A stretch of 64,000 nucleotides of DNA from Candidatus Aldehydirespiratoraceae bacterium (GCA_965198315.1 OZ240616.1:1159096-1223095); one strand, 5' to 3'; positions 8,819 through 18,269 are shown, counted from the stretch's first letter. Program-made: numbers and translations. The notes: a model not told the origin generated them from the sequence alone.

Positions 8819-10231
8819 ATGTCGAGACCAGAGACCATAGGGGCGCTTCGTAAGAGCGGGTGGGAGTCAATTCCTGTCCGTCAAGAACTACGGAACAACA
8901 CCATCGAGCGCATACGCAGCGCCGAGCCGCTGTTCAACGAGGTGATCGGTTATGACAACACTGTCAACCCCCAGCTCGAAAATGCCTTGATCGCTGGTCA
9001 TGACATCATCTTTTTAGGTGAACGGGGGCAGGCCAAGACCCGCATGATTCGCGATCTCACCAACCTGCTCGATGAATGGATGCCGATTGTTGCGGGTTCG
9101 GAAATCAACGATGACCCCTACAAGCCGATCTCCCGCTACGCCCGCGACCTGATCGCAGAGCACGGCGACGACACACCGATTTCATGGGTGCACCGCGATG
9201 ATCGCTTGGGTGAGAAGCTGGCCACCCCAGACACTTCGATCGCTGATCTGATCGGCGAGGTCGACCCCATCCGGGTGGCGGAAGGCCGCTATCTCTCCGA
9301 TGAACTCACAATCCACTACGGCCTGGTGCCGCGCACCAACCGTGGCATCTTCGCTATGAACGAACTGCCCGACCTGGCGGAGCGCATTCAAGTCGGTTTG
9401 CTCAACGTGTTGGAAGAACGTGACGTGCAGATCCGCGGTCACAAGGTAAGGCTGCCGCTCGATGTCGTGCTGGTGGCGTCAGCCAATCCAGAGGATTACA
9501 CCAATCGGGGTCGGATCATCACCCCGCTCAAAGACCGTTTCGGCTCACAGATTCGCACCCATTATCCCCTCGATGTTGTCACTGAGATGGCGATTGTTGA
9601 ACAGGAGGCCGATGTCGCCTTCGCCGATGGGATTGAGGTCTCGGTCCCGTCGTATATGAGTGAGATCGTGGCGACCCTTACTCACACGGCTCGAGCCAGC
9701 CAGCACATCTCGCAACGTTCGGGTGTGTCGGTTCGTCTGTCGATTGCCAACGAGGAAATCATGGTCGCCAACGCGGTGAGACGCACCCTGCGTGCAGGCG
9801 GCAGCCATGTCGTGCCGCGAATCGTCGATCTTGAAGCGCTCCCCGCGTCGACTTCGGGAAAAGTCGAGATGGAAACTCTCGATGAGGGACGCGATGGCGA
9901 GATCCTCAACAATCTGGTGCGCTCCGCGGTGCTCACGGTGTTCAAACAGCGAGTGCCGCCAGACACGCATCTCGCGGTGGTCGAGGCGTTTGAGGGCGAC
10001 CTTGTCGTCGACACCGGTGAAGATGTCACCGACGAGGCGTACGCGGCGATGCTTGAACAGATTCCGGCTTTTATTCCTCCGGTACAGGCGCTGTTGTCTG
10101 ACGAAGATCAAGCTGAATCGCCGGCTTTGGTGGCCAGCGCGACCGAGTTGATTCTCGAAGGTCTCCACCTCATGAAACGTCTCAACAAGGACGGAGGGGG
10201 CACCAAGTCCCAGTTCCGCGGACGCAACTGA
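8819..10231 (+). CDS. ChlI/MoxR-like AAA+ ATPase (actinobacterial 'possible magnesium chelatase' type)
   Basis: ORF track 470 aa. Walker A FLGERGQAKT, Walker B region GIFAMNELPD, ASANPEDY..GRIITPLKDRF. Family normally partners with a VWA protein (see 15065..17104). Confidence 0.8.
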   Translation: MSRPETIGALRKSGWESIPVRQELRNNTIERIRSAEPLFNEVIGYDNTVNPQLENALIAGHDIIFLGERGQAKTRMIRDLTNLLDEWMPIVAGSEINDDPYKPISRYARDLIAEHGDDTPISWVHRDDRLGEKLATPDTSIADLIGEVDPIRVAEGRYLSDELTIHYGLVPRTNRGIFAMNELPDLAERIQVGLLNVLEERDVQIRGHKVRLPLDVVLVASANPEDYTNRGRIITPLKDRFGSQIRTHYPLDVVTEMAIVEQEADVAFADGIEVSVPSYMSEIVATLTHTARASQHISQRSGVSVRLSIANEEIMVANAVRRTLRAGGSHVVPRIVDLEALPASTSGKVEMETLDEGRDGEILNNLVRSAVLTVFKQRVPPDTHLAVVEAFEGDLVVDTGEDVTDEAYAAMLEQIPAFIPPVQALLSDEDQAESPALVASATELILEGLHLMKRLNKDGGGTKSQFRGRN

Positions 10232-10296
10232 GTACAGCGCTGTTGTCGTTGCGCTTACAGGGGCGTGAATCTATCATGGTCAGCTAGGCTACAAAA

Positions 10297-10548
10297 ATGG
10301 CGCTTTCCCAGACTACTACGTTGCGAGTCCCCACCGAGTTGAGGGACGAGATATCCCGGTTGGCCAAACAGCGAGGCACAACGATGACCGAGGTCGTGGC
10401 CGCCGCGGTGCATCGGCTCGGTCGTGAACAGTGGTGGATGTTGGTTCGCGGCGCGCTCGACGGGTTGAGCGATGCCGAAGCGGCGTCGTATCAGGTCGAG
10501 AGCGGGAGACTGGACGCAGCAGCCGCGGACGGCCTCGATGACCGTTGA
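10297..10548 (+). CDS. type II antitoxin, ribbon-helix-helix (MazE/CopG-like)
   Basis: 83 aa. N-terminal TLRVPTELRDEISRLAKQRG is RHH-like. 11-nt overlap with the downstream PemK/MazF-like ORF. Confidence 0.7.
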   Translation: MALSQTTTLRVPTELRDEISRLAKQRGTTMTEVVAAAVHRLGREQWWMLVRGALDGLSDAEAASYQVESGRLDAAAADGLDDR

Positions 10549-10894
10549 GGAGGGGTTGCACCGTGGCGACGTGTGGCTTGTTGATTTCGGAGCCGAACCG
10601 GAGGATCCCGAACAGGCTTTCCTGCGACCGGCGGTCATCGTGTCCGATGATCGGTTGCACCATCCGAACCTGAGGATGGTCGTCGTGGTCCGGGGAACAT
10701 CCACCATTCATCGGATCCCATTGCATGTAGTGCTCCCGCCCGACGGCAACAATGGCCTGTCCACCGACACGGCGTTTCAGGTCGAGCAGGTGCGAGCTGT
10801 AGCCACCGGGCGCCTTGTCGAGAGGCTTGGACGACTCGATTCGCTGGGTTGCCACTCCATCGACGAGATACTGCGCAACGCACTCGGTCTCTAG
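10538..10894 (+). CDS. mazF: type II toxin, MazF/PemK family endoribonuclease
   Basis: ORF 10472..10894. ATG 10538 (MTVEEGLHRGDVWLVDFG...RPAVIVSDD) gives a ~118-aa protein with the typical PemK N-terminal motif. Confidence 0.75.
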   Translation: MTVEEGLHRGDVWLVDFGAEPEDPEQAFLRPAVIVSDDRLHHPNLRMVVVVRGTSTIHRIPLHVVLPPDGNNGLSTDTAFQVEQVRAVATGRLVERLGRLDSLGCHSIDEILRNALGL

Positions 10895-10999
10895 GCCTCC
10901 CCGCCGGTCGCTGCCAACCTGCGAGGTTCGTCCCGCTCGCGTAGAAGGTCCAGCCCGCGCACGTTCCAAGACTCCGAGGTTCAGCTAGGGTGTTGCGGC

Positions 11000-11692
11000 G
11001 TGGGTTCTGCTGTGAGCGATGACGAAGCGCCTGCGGGGTTGGTACAGCGGGCCGATGGAATACTGGCTTGCTGGTGGGGTGAAGGACACGACGACTACGC
11101 GGCGTATCACGACCGGGAGTGGGGCGTGCCGGTCCTCGATGATGTGCGGCTGTACGAGAAGATGTGTCTGGAAGGCTTCCAGTCGGGTCTTTCGTGGTTG
11201 ACGATTCTCCGCAAGCGGGAGAACTTCCGCGCGGCTTTCTGCGGCTTCGACTTCGAACACGTGGCGCGTTTCGGTACCGATGATGTGGAACGACTGCTCG
11301 GCGATGCCGGCATCGTTCGGCACCGGGGCAAGATCGAAGCGACGATCAACAACGCCCGCGCGGCCATCGGCACGGTGGAGGCGTACGGCTCGCTGGCCAC
11401 GTTCTTCTGGAGCTTCGAGCCCGAACCTGCGGCCCGGCCGGCGCGGATAGATCATGCGGTGTTGGCAGACATGGCGACCACGGCCGAGTCGACGGCGATG
11501 AGCAGGGCGCTCAAGAAGCTGGGCTGGCGCTTTGTCGGACCCACAACCTGCTACGCCCTGATGCAGGCGGCAGGCATTGTCAACGATCATCTTGACGGCT
11601 GTCATCGCCGCCGGGAGATCGAAGAAATGCGGTCGCTAGTCGAGCGCGGCGACTCGGTTCAAGGGCACGACTTGGGACACAGCCGTGGGTAG
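11000..11692 (+). CDS. tag: DNA-3-methyladenine glycosylase I
   Basis: ORF track 230 aa. YHDREWGVP, LYEKMCLEGFQSGLSWLTILRKRENFR, GIVRHRGKI and CYALMQAAGIVNDHL are Tag hallmarks. ~30-aa C-terminal extension overlaps the convergent remnant. Confidence 0.85.
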   Translation: MGSAVSDDEAPAGLVQRADGILACWWGEGHDDYAAYHDREWGVPVLDDVRLYEKMCLEGFQSGLSWLTILRKRENFRAAFCGFDFEHVARFGTDDVERLLGDAGIVRHRGKIEATINNARAAIGTVEAYGSLATFFWSFEPEPAARPARIDHAVLADMATTAESTAMSRALKKLGWRFVGPTTCYALMQAAGIVNDHLDGCHRRREIEEMRSLVERGDSVQGHDLGHSRG

Positions 11693-12110
11693 GGGAGCGT
11701 TGGAGCGGAACCAGCGAAGGCTCAGCGATCCCTTGGGATGCCCAGCGGTGTCGAGCCAGTTGGGGACGCCGGGGTCCTGGTGTGCGACTACAACACGCAC
11801 CGATCCGTCTTGGCGTCGCACCGCAGTCTCGTTGTTGATGACCGTCGGGCGGGTCAGCCAGTCGACGGTCTCTCCCCAGTGGGTGATCAGCACGACCCCC
11901 CAGTAGTCGGCGCCGGCCGAAGGGTCGAAGTCGATCACCAGTGCCTCGTCGGAACCCAGTTGCCAGTCGCCTGAGAAGTAACGCACGAATTCCCTCGGCT
12001 CGGACGTTGCGATGATCGGGCACACCGGGCGCGAGCACCATTTCTCCGGCGTCGGCCATGGCCTCACAGAATTCGCGCCAAGCGGCTACCGATGGATCTT
12101 TGTTGGTCAC
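11636..12110 (-). pseudogene. remnant of a DUF1214-type gene (N-terminal ~40 codons fused out of frame to the C-terminal ~120 codons)
   Basis: Frame A (GTG 12110) reads MTNKDPSVAAWREFCEAMADAGEMVLAPGVPDH..RAEG, then turns into Arg-rich nonsense. Frame B reads EFVRYFSGDWQLGSDEALVIDFDPSAGADYWGVVLITHW...DPGVPNWLDTAGHPKGSLSLRWF to the stop at 11636. Total length is far too short for the family (call from memory). Confidence 0.45.
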
Positions 12111-13474
12111 TTCACACCCCTGGGCTCGGCGGCAAATGTTTGGATCTGGTGATGGTGGGTCATTGCAGAGTCCGGTGGTCCCAAAAGCATGTGGGCGCGC
12201 AGGTTGCGGCGATGAAACAACCTCACTAACGCCTCGTCGTGGACTCTGGTGTCGGCGTTGGCGAGCACGAAGCGTTCGAGTTCGGCCTCACCTTCTCTCC
12301 AATCGGCGGGTTTGTGTCCGACGAGGCGGTGTATGTCGTCGAGGTTGGCTTGCTCGGTGGCGTCGCCGATCTCGTCGATGCGCGAGAGGTGACGCGCCAG
12401 CCGGAAAGCAGTGCGAATTCGGTGACGCTGCACCTCATCATCAATCTGTTGCGAGCGCAGCATGCCCACGAGGTGTTGATGGCCTGCGGACGCCTGGGAG
12501 CCTGCAGGCTCCGGCATCTCAACTTGAGGCAACTCGATCTCAAGCATCTCGGCGAGTGCCTCGGTGGCGAAGAGGTTGGTCTCGTAACACCATTGCAGGT
12601 TGGTCATGAGATCCGAGTTGGTGGGTGGTTCTTTGATAGCGGCACTGAACGCCAGTTGGTTGGTAAGCGTGAAGACGAAATGGTGGTGCTGGATGGCTTC
12701 AATATCGATTGGTTCGCCCCGCAACTCCTCGTAGCGGGCATACAGCGCAGCCATGTCGCCGTAGCCGACGATCGTGTCGCGCATCCTCCAAGCGGCGAGG
12801 TCCATCATGGGGTCGCCAATGTGCCCGAGTTCAAGGTCGAGCAGGGCCACGATCTTGCCGTCCGCATGATGAAACTGACCCGAGTCCCACACGACGGGGG
12901 CTTCACGTCCTTTGGAGTCGGGCGGGTTGCGGCGGAGCCAACCGAGACAGAACTCCAGAAAGGGATCTGGGTGCATCTTCTGGGATCTGTAGACCTCTTC
13001 GTAGCGGGCTAAGCCAACAATCCCTGACGCCGAAGGGTGGTGTGCTCGGGTGATTCCGGCGGCGGCGAACGGTTCTGGATCGAGCGCGTGGAGTCGGGCG
13101 AGATGGCCGAGGTAGTCGTCGACTGCTGCTGCTCGTTCGTCGTCGGGGGTATCACCGAAGTGTTCCTGGCCCCTCACCCGGTCCATTACGTAGGCATACG
13201 GGGTATCGATCATTCCGTGGACCGCGGCGACGGGAATGCCGCGCTCCTGCAGCAATGACTGGAAACGCATTTCGTGTTCGAGCGGGAAGATCAAGGCCAT
13301 GTCGGACCGCTCAGCCCGTACGCACAGTTCCAGGGTCTTGCCATCACGCTCCAGGTCGGCAAACCACACCGGCCGCCAGCGAGGCTGCTGCTTGATGTCT
13401 ACAACTCTGCCGCCCAGTTCACGCTCGAGCCATGCGGTTATCTGCCCAGTGTGTTCAGGCGCGGCAACATACAT
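12107..13474 (-). CDS. phosphotransferase family protein (APH/kinase fold)
   Basis: ORF track 455 aa. VVWDSGQFHHADGKIVALLDLELGHIGDPMMDLA is a Brenner/DxE-type kinase motif. Stop overlaps the GTG of the downstream remnant (GTGA). Confidence 0.75.
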   Translation of the reverse strand: MYVAAPEHTGQITAWLERELGGRVVDIKQQPRWRPVWFADLERDGKTLELCVRAERSDMALIFPLEHEMRFQSLLQERGIPVAAVHGMIDTPYAYVMDRVRGQEHFGDTPDDERAAAVDDYLGHLARLHALDPEPFAAAGITRAHHPSASGIVGLARYEEVYRSQKMHPDPFLEFCLGWLRRNPPDSKGREAPVVWDSGQFHHADGKIVALLDLELGHIGDPMMDLAAWRMRDTIVGYGDMAALYARYEELRGEPIDIEAIQHHHFVFTLTNQLAFSAAIKEPPTNSDLMTNLQWCYETNLFATEALAEMLEIELPQVEMPEPAGSQASAGHQHLVGMLRSQQIDDEVQRHRIRTAFRLARHLSRIDEIGDATEQANLDDIHRLVGHKPADWREGEAELERFVLANADTRVHDEALVRLFHRRNLRAHMLLGPPDSAMTHHHQIQTFAAEPRGVK

Positions 13475-13497
13475 CGCTCAGACGCTACATGAGTCGC

Positions 13498-14337
13498 CTA
13501 GCGGGTGGTGAAGACGCCGGCGTCGAAGACCACTCGGTCGCCGACCCGGGTCTGGAACAGGGTCCGACCGTTCACATCCCACATGTGGACATCGAGACGC
13601 TCCCCGGGTATGACCGGAGACTTGAAGCGCCCACCCATCGATCCGAAGCGGCTGGTGTCACCTCCGCAGCGTCCTTGCAGCAATGCTCGACCGGTGAAAC
13701 CGAAGGTGCAGAGTCCGTGCAGGATCGGCTTGTCAAAACCCGCCATTGCCGCGAAGGACGGATCGCTGTGAAGCGGGTTGCGATCGCCGTTGAGGCGATA
13801 CAACAGGGCTTGATCGGTGCGGGTGTCGTAACCGACCACGGTGTCGGCATCGCGTTCGGGCAACGCCCAGTCGCTGGCCGGACCTCGATCACCGCCCCAG
13901 CCGCCCTCACCAGAGATGAACAACCCCGACCGGCTGGTCCACAGTGGCGTCCCGGAGGTGTCGGTAACGGTGGTTTCGAGGCGTACCAGAGCAGCTTTGC
14001 CCTTGTCGTAGATGGCTGCCACCTTGCCGGTGCCGATGGCCGAGCCTTCTGCCCCCAGGGTCTGGTGCAGCTCGATCTCCTGTTCACCATGCAGCAGTGC
14101 CGCGAGGTTGTAGTCACCGAATTTGGGCATCTTGCCGGCGCCCATGACCACGACCTGGGTGGGAAACGCGGTTTGTGGCGTGTCCTTGGTGTTCTCGGTG
14201 GTGAACTCCAACTCAAAGCCGGTCGGGTCGGTCATGCCCGCGCCGACCCCGAGGGCGTAGAGCAGGCTGTCGCTTGAAGACCAGGTGAGGCCTGCTGGTT
14301 CGCTGGTGTTGCCGACGGCTTCTGGGTCGATGGGCAT
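13498..14337 (-). CDS. MaoC-like (R)-specific enoyl-CoA hydratase, double hot-dog
   Basis: ORF track 279 aa. YRLNGDRNPLHSDPSFAAMAGFDKPILHGLCTFG is the MaoC dehydratase motif. Confidence 0.8.
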   Translation of the reverse strand: MPIDPEAVGNTSEPAGLTWSSSDSLLYALGVGAGMTDPTGFELEFTTENTKDTPQTAFPTQVVVMGAGKMPKFGDYNLAALLHGEQEIELHQTLGAEGSAIGTGKVAAIYDKGKAALVRLETTVTDTSGTPLWTSRSGLFISGEGGWGGDRGPASDWALPERDADTVVGYDTRTDQALLYRLNGDRNPLHSDPSFAAMAGFDKPILHGLCTFGFTGRALLQGRCGGDTSRFGSMGGRFKSPVIPGERLDVHMWDVNGRTLFQTRVGDRVVFDAGVFTTR

Positions 14338-14360
14338 TGCTGTTTCTCCTGTTGGGGGGA

Positions 14361-14975
14361 TTATTCAATGGGCGCTTGAAGCGTTGCCATTGCAATGGTT
14401 GTTAGTCGGTTTTGGGTCCGCTGATCGACTCGAGCGTTGGTAGCTACCGATGTGATCATGCCGATAGTTGCTGTGACCAGCAGGTTGGCTTGTTCGCCGG
14501 TCAGCTCCGGCCGGACCGAAACCAGCACGGCAGTCCAGTCGTTGATCCAGGCTCGTAGTCGTTTCGACATGGGGGAGCGGCGCTGTGCCGAGAGGTGGCG
14601 GGCTTCGCTGGTCCACACTGCGATGAGCGCCGAACGACGCAAGGCGGTGCGTACGTAGGCGCTGACATAGCGCTCAAGCAACGGTTCATCGGCGGAAACT
14701 TGCGTGGCCTGGATTGCTTCGTGAACTTCGTCCGCAGCGAGGATCATGGCCTCAATCAGGATCTCTTCCTTGGATGAGAAATGGCGGTAAATGGCGGGTC
14801 CGCTCACATCAACCGCACTACCGATGTCATCGACGCTGGTTGTCGGATAGCCCCTTTCATGAAAGAGCTTTATCGCCGCCTCGAGTATCAGCGCCCTGCG
14901 GTTGGGAGGTCGACGGTTCGGTTCGTCGGCAGGCGTTGGCGATTCTTCTGTTTCAGCGACAGTTCCCTCACTCAT
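14361..14975 (-). CDS. TetR/AcrR family transcriptional regulator
   Basis: ORF track 204 aa. N-terminal HTH ILEAAIKLFHERGYPTTSVDDIGSAVDVSGPAIYRHFSSKEEIL. Confidence 0.85.
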   Translation of the reverse strand: MSEGTVAETEESPTPADEPNRRPPNRRALILEAAIKLFHERGYPTTSVDDIGSAVDVSGPAIYRHFSSKEEILIEAMILAADEVHEAIQATQVSADEPLLERYVSAYVRTALRRSALIAVWTSEARHLSAQRRSPMSKRLRAWINDWTAVLVSVRPELTGEQANLLVTATIGMITSVATNARVDQRTQNRLTTIAMATLQAPIE

Positions 14976-14994
14976 TGTTAGCCAACGTTAACAA
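14975..14994. promoter_or_regulatory. candidate TetR operator palindrome
   Basis: TTGTTA-GCCAACGT-TAACAA with a central AACGTT. It abuts the TetR start codon, in the 89-bp divergent region shared with the VWA gene. Confidence 0.3.
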
Positions 14995-15064
14995 GATCAC
15001 CACACGTAGCGAACAGGGAGCGGCGTCTAGGTGTCGGGGTAGTGAGACGGGTTAGGGTTTCGCC

Positions 15065-17104
15065 ATGGTTCTCCGTCGGCGCCGTCGCCGCAATCGTCGC
15101 AAGCCACCGCACTTCCGCTACTCGGCATGGGACGGCACACAAAGCGGGTTCGATGTTGACGCGGATCGCCTCTTTGACGAGTTGGCAGACGACTTGCTGT
15201 ATCACGGCGATGTCAACAATGCACTGCGCCGGATCATGCAGGGCGGAATGACGGATCGCGACGGACGCCACCTGAAAGGAATTCGCGAGATGCTTGATCG
15301 TCTCCGCGAAAGGCGCCGTGAAATCCTTGATCAGCACGACCTCGGTGGCGTCTTCGATGAGATTTCCGACGCGCTCAACGATGTGGTCGACACCGAGCGC
15401 AGAGCTTTGCAAGACATGGTTGACAACGCGAGCGAGTCGGGTGACGAAAGGCGTTCAGAGCTCGCCAGCGACTCGGCAACGATGAAGAACATGGAGCTAG
15501 ACATGCTTCCGCCGGACCTCGCGGGCAAGGTCAAAGGCCTTCAGGGCTATGAGTTTGAAAGCCAGCGGGCGCAGCAACAATTCGAGGAACTCATGGACCG
15601 GTTGCGTGAACAACTCATGCAACAACAACTTGATCAGATGGCCGAGGGTGTCAACGACATGACCCCGCAGGACATGGCTCGCTTAAAGGACATGTTGGCC
15701 GAACTCAACCACATGCTCGAACAGCGGGCCAATGGCGAGGTTCCTGATTTCGATGGCTTCATGGAGCGCTACGGCGATTTCTTCCCGGAAAATCCGAGAA
15801 CGCTCGACGAGTTGCTCGAAGTGATGGCACAGCGGATGGCCCAGGCTCAGCAGATGTTGAATTCGATGACGCCCGAACAACGAGCGCAGCTTCAGGCGCT
15901 GAGCGATCAGCTGATGGAGGACATGGATCTGCGCTGGCAGATGGACCAGCTCGCTGGCAACCTCCGTGAGCAATTCCCGCAAATGGGATGGAGCCAGTCT
16001 TACGACTTTGAGGGCCAAGACCCGCTCGATATGTCGTCAGCGATGGACATGATGGGTGAACTCGGCGACATCGATCAGCTCGACAATCTCTTGCGGGGAG
16101 CCAACAATCCTGGAGCTTTGGCCGAGGTCGACATCGACCGTGCTCGAGACCTACTCGGCGATGAATCAGCAGAGAGCCTCGAAAGGCTGGCGGAATTGGC
16201 CCGAATGTTGGAAGAGGCTGGTCTCATCGAAAATTCTGAGGGTCGCTACGAACTCACGCCTCGAGCCATACGCAAGATCGGCAACGGTGCCCTCGAAGAG
16301 ATTTTCAAGCGCATGTCGGACGACATGATGGGTCAACATTCGCTGTCCGAGGCGGGCCTGGGTCACGAACGAGAGTACGAAACGAAGCCCTATGAATACG
16401 GCGACGCCTTCAATCTCGATATACCGCAGACGCTGCGCAACGCCATTTCTCGCACCGGTGGCGGTGTCCCGGTCCGCCTTCACCCCGACGACTTTGAGAT
16501 CGAACGGACCGAACAGCAGGTCCGATCAGCAACGGTGTTGATGCTTGATGTGTCGATGTCAATGGCGATGCGGGACAATTTCTTGCCGGCCAAGAAGGTG
16601 ACCATGGCACTGCACTCGCTGATCTCGGGTCAGTACCCTCGTGATTTTCTTGGCATGGTGTCTTTTTCGGAGGTGGCCCGAGAGTTCAATGCCACCACGT
16701 TGCCGCGGCTGTCGTGGGACTACGTGTACGGCACCAACATGCAGCACAGCTTTCAGCTGGCGCGCAAGATGCTGGCGCGACAGACGGGGACCAAGCAGAT
16801 CATCATGATCACCGATGGCGAACCGACGGCACACATCACCAAGTCCGGTCAGCCGTACTTCAATTATCCGCCGTCACGTACAACGGTCGATTTGACGCTT
16901 GCTGAAGTGGTGAAGTGCACCCGCGAGGACATCCGTATCAATACCTTCGTGCTGGATGTCACTCCGTATTTGCGGGGTTTCGTATCTGAGATTTCTCGGT
17001 TGAACGGTGGCCGCGCCTTCTTTACGACCAACCAAGATCTCGGCAACTACGTGCTTCACGATTTCGTCGATAATCGACGCAGCATCGTCCGCTCAAGACG
17101 CTGA
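15065..17104 (+). CDS. VWA domain-containing protein (partner of the ChlI-like AAA+ ATPase)
   Basis: ORF track 679 aa. Long acidic/helical middle. C-terminal MIDAS VLMLDVSMSM ... IIMITDGEPTAH. N-terminal PPHFRYSAWDG is typical of this family. Confidence 0.8.
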   Translation: MVLRRRRRRNRRKPPHFRYSAWDGTQSGFDVDADRLFDELADDLLYHGDVNNALRRIMQGGMTDRDGRHLKGIREMLDRLRERRREILDQHDLGGVFDEISDALNDVVDTERRALQDMVDNASESGDERRSELASDSATMKNMELDMLPPDLAGKVKGLQGYEFESQRAQQQFEELMDRLREQLMQQQLDQMAEGVNDMTPQDMARLKDMLAELNHMLEQRANGEVPDFDGFMERYGDFFPENPRTLDELLEVMAQRMAQAQQMLNSMTPEQRAQLQALSDQLMEDMDLRWQMDQLAGNLREQFPQMGWSQSYDFEGQDPLDMSSAMDMMGELGDIDQLDNLLRGANNPGALAEVDIDRARDLLGDESAESLERLAELARMLEEAGLIENSEGRYELTPRAIRKIGNGALEEIFKRMSDDMMGQHSLSEAGLGHEREYETKPYEYGDAFNLDIPQTLRNAISRTGGGVPVRLHPDDFEIERTEQQVRSATVLMLDVSMSMAMRDNFLPAKKVTMALHSLISGQYPRDFLGMVSFSEVAREFNATTLPRLSWDYVYGTNMQHSFQLARKMLARQTGTKQIIMITDGEPTAHITKSGQPYFNYPPSRTTVDLTLAEVVKCTREDIRINTFVLDVTPYLRGFVSEISRLNGGRAFFTTNQDLGNYVLHDFVDNRRSIVRSRR

Positions 17105-17281
17105 ACGGCTGTTGTAAGCGCCTGTGATGGGGGCTAGACCCCTGATTTCTCGCGCGAATCGAAGAAATTCGACTGGAAATGTCGCACACGGGCTTTACAA
17201 TTCGAAATCACAGTGTTGTAATTCCACTAGTGCGACTAGCGGACTGAATCTAACACAGGTTTATGCGCCACGGAGGGACCC

Positions 17282-17557
17282 ATGGCCGTTATCGAGATAG
17301 AACGTGAAGAGATGGTCTGGCAGAACTATGCCAACTGTCTTGGTGTCGACCCCGACCTGTTTTTCCCTGAGCGCGGAGCCTCAACACGCGAGGCCAAAGA
17401 GGTGTGCCGTGGTTGCGTGGTGCAAGACGAATGCCTTGAATTCGCGCTCAGCAATGGCGAGAAGTTCGGTATCTGGGGCGGTAAGAGCGAACGTGAGCGT
17501 CGCCGAGTACGTCGCCAGCGAGCGCTGGCACGCGCCGCCGCTGCCGGACAGGCTTAG
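17282..17557 (+). CDS. WhiB family transcriptional regulator
   Basis: ORF track 91 aa. Cys pattern C..(x23)..CRGCVVQDEC, followed by the GIWGG turn and a basic tail. Confidence 0.9.
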   Translation: MAVIEIEREEMVWQNYANCLGVDPDLFFPERGASTREAKEVCRGCVVQDECLEFALSNGEKFGIWGGKSERERRRVRRQRALARAAAAGQA

Positions 17558-17659
17558 TTCAGCTTGCAAGGCGCGCTGGCCAGCTTGGAACGCGTTGGCC
17601 CGTTGGAAGAAAATGGCCAGGCTCGGGCGTATCCAAGCAGTCTCAGCTAAGCTGGCCTC

Positions 17660-17842
17660 ATGTACGGTTTGATTTCCACCCCGTCCCCTTCTGAGTTGAT
17701 CATCGTTCTCGTCATCGTCTTGATCGTGTTTGGTGGCGCCAAACTCCCGAAGCTGGCGCGCTCGCTTGGACAGGCACAAAAAGAGTTCAAGTCAGGGTTG
17801 ACAGAGGGCGCAGACGACGAGGAGTCCACTCCCTCAAAGTGA
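17660..17842 (+). CDS. tatA: twin-arginine translocase subunit TatA/E
   Basis: 60 aa. SELIIVLVIVLIVFGGAKLPKLARSLGQAQKEFK is the canonical TatA TM plus amphipathic helix. Confidence 0.9.
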   Translation: MYGLISTPSPSELIIVLVIVLIVFGGAKLPKLARSLGQAQKEFKSGLTEGADDEESTPSK

Positions 17843-17919
17843 TCGCCTCGAAGTGATCGCGCGTAAAGCGGTCCTCTTGCTCCGATAAACTCAGGCCGCG
17901 CTGATTTGCGCGCACTGCT

Positions 17920-18240
17920 GTGAATACAGCACGGATCGAAGTTGTAGGAGCTGTGATGACCGATACCGCAGAAGCCGAATATGACGAGTCGCCAGTAGGC
18001 CAAGCGATGATCGTCTACCTCGGACCCACCGCTCCACACTGGGACATCCGCCCAGTATTTGGAGAACGCGAGCTGATGGACGGTTTCCGTGACCGAGTGA
18101 ACGCCCGGTTGCTGCTGCTTCCGCCGCACGATCCGCAGTTCCGACGAAATCGCGAACGGGTCAACCGTGACGGAGAACGCGAGCGCATTGTCGTTGAATG
18201 GGACCTTGGTTACCCGGAAGACGATGCGGTGAGGGCGTGA
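17920..18240 (+). CDS. hypothetical protein
   Basis: ORF track 106 aa (alternative start MTDTAEAEY). Fills the gap between tatA and the ROK kinase. The competing minus-strand ORF overlaps tatA and looks like a shadow. No recognisable motif. Confidence 0.4.
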   Translation: MNTARIEVVGAVMTDTAEAEYDESPVGQAMIVYLGPTAPHWDIRPVFGERELMDGFRDRVNARLLLLPPHDPQFRRNRERVNRDGERERIVVEWDLGYPEDDAVRA

Positions 18241-18269
18241 GCCCACAGCAAGGTTCGAGGGAGCAGTAG

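Noticed and set aside
11580-12110. 176-aa ORF as a genuine protein
   Set aside because: After about 40 residues it becomes an Arg/Pro/Gly-rich out-of-frame reading of sequence that is clearly coding in another frame. I interpret it as part of a frameshifted remnant.
17118-17142. Crp-like TGTGA-N6-TCACA site upstream of whiB (TGTGATGGGGGCTAGAC)
   Set aside because: The second half-site (TAGAC) matches poorly. I keep only the general note on inverted repeats in this leader.
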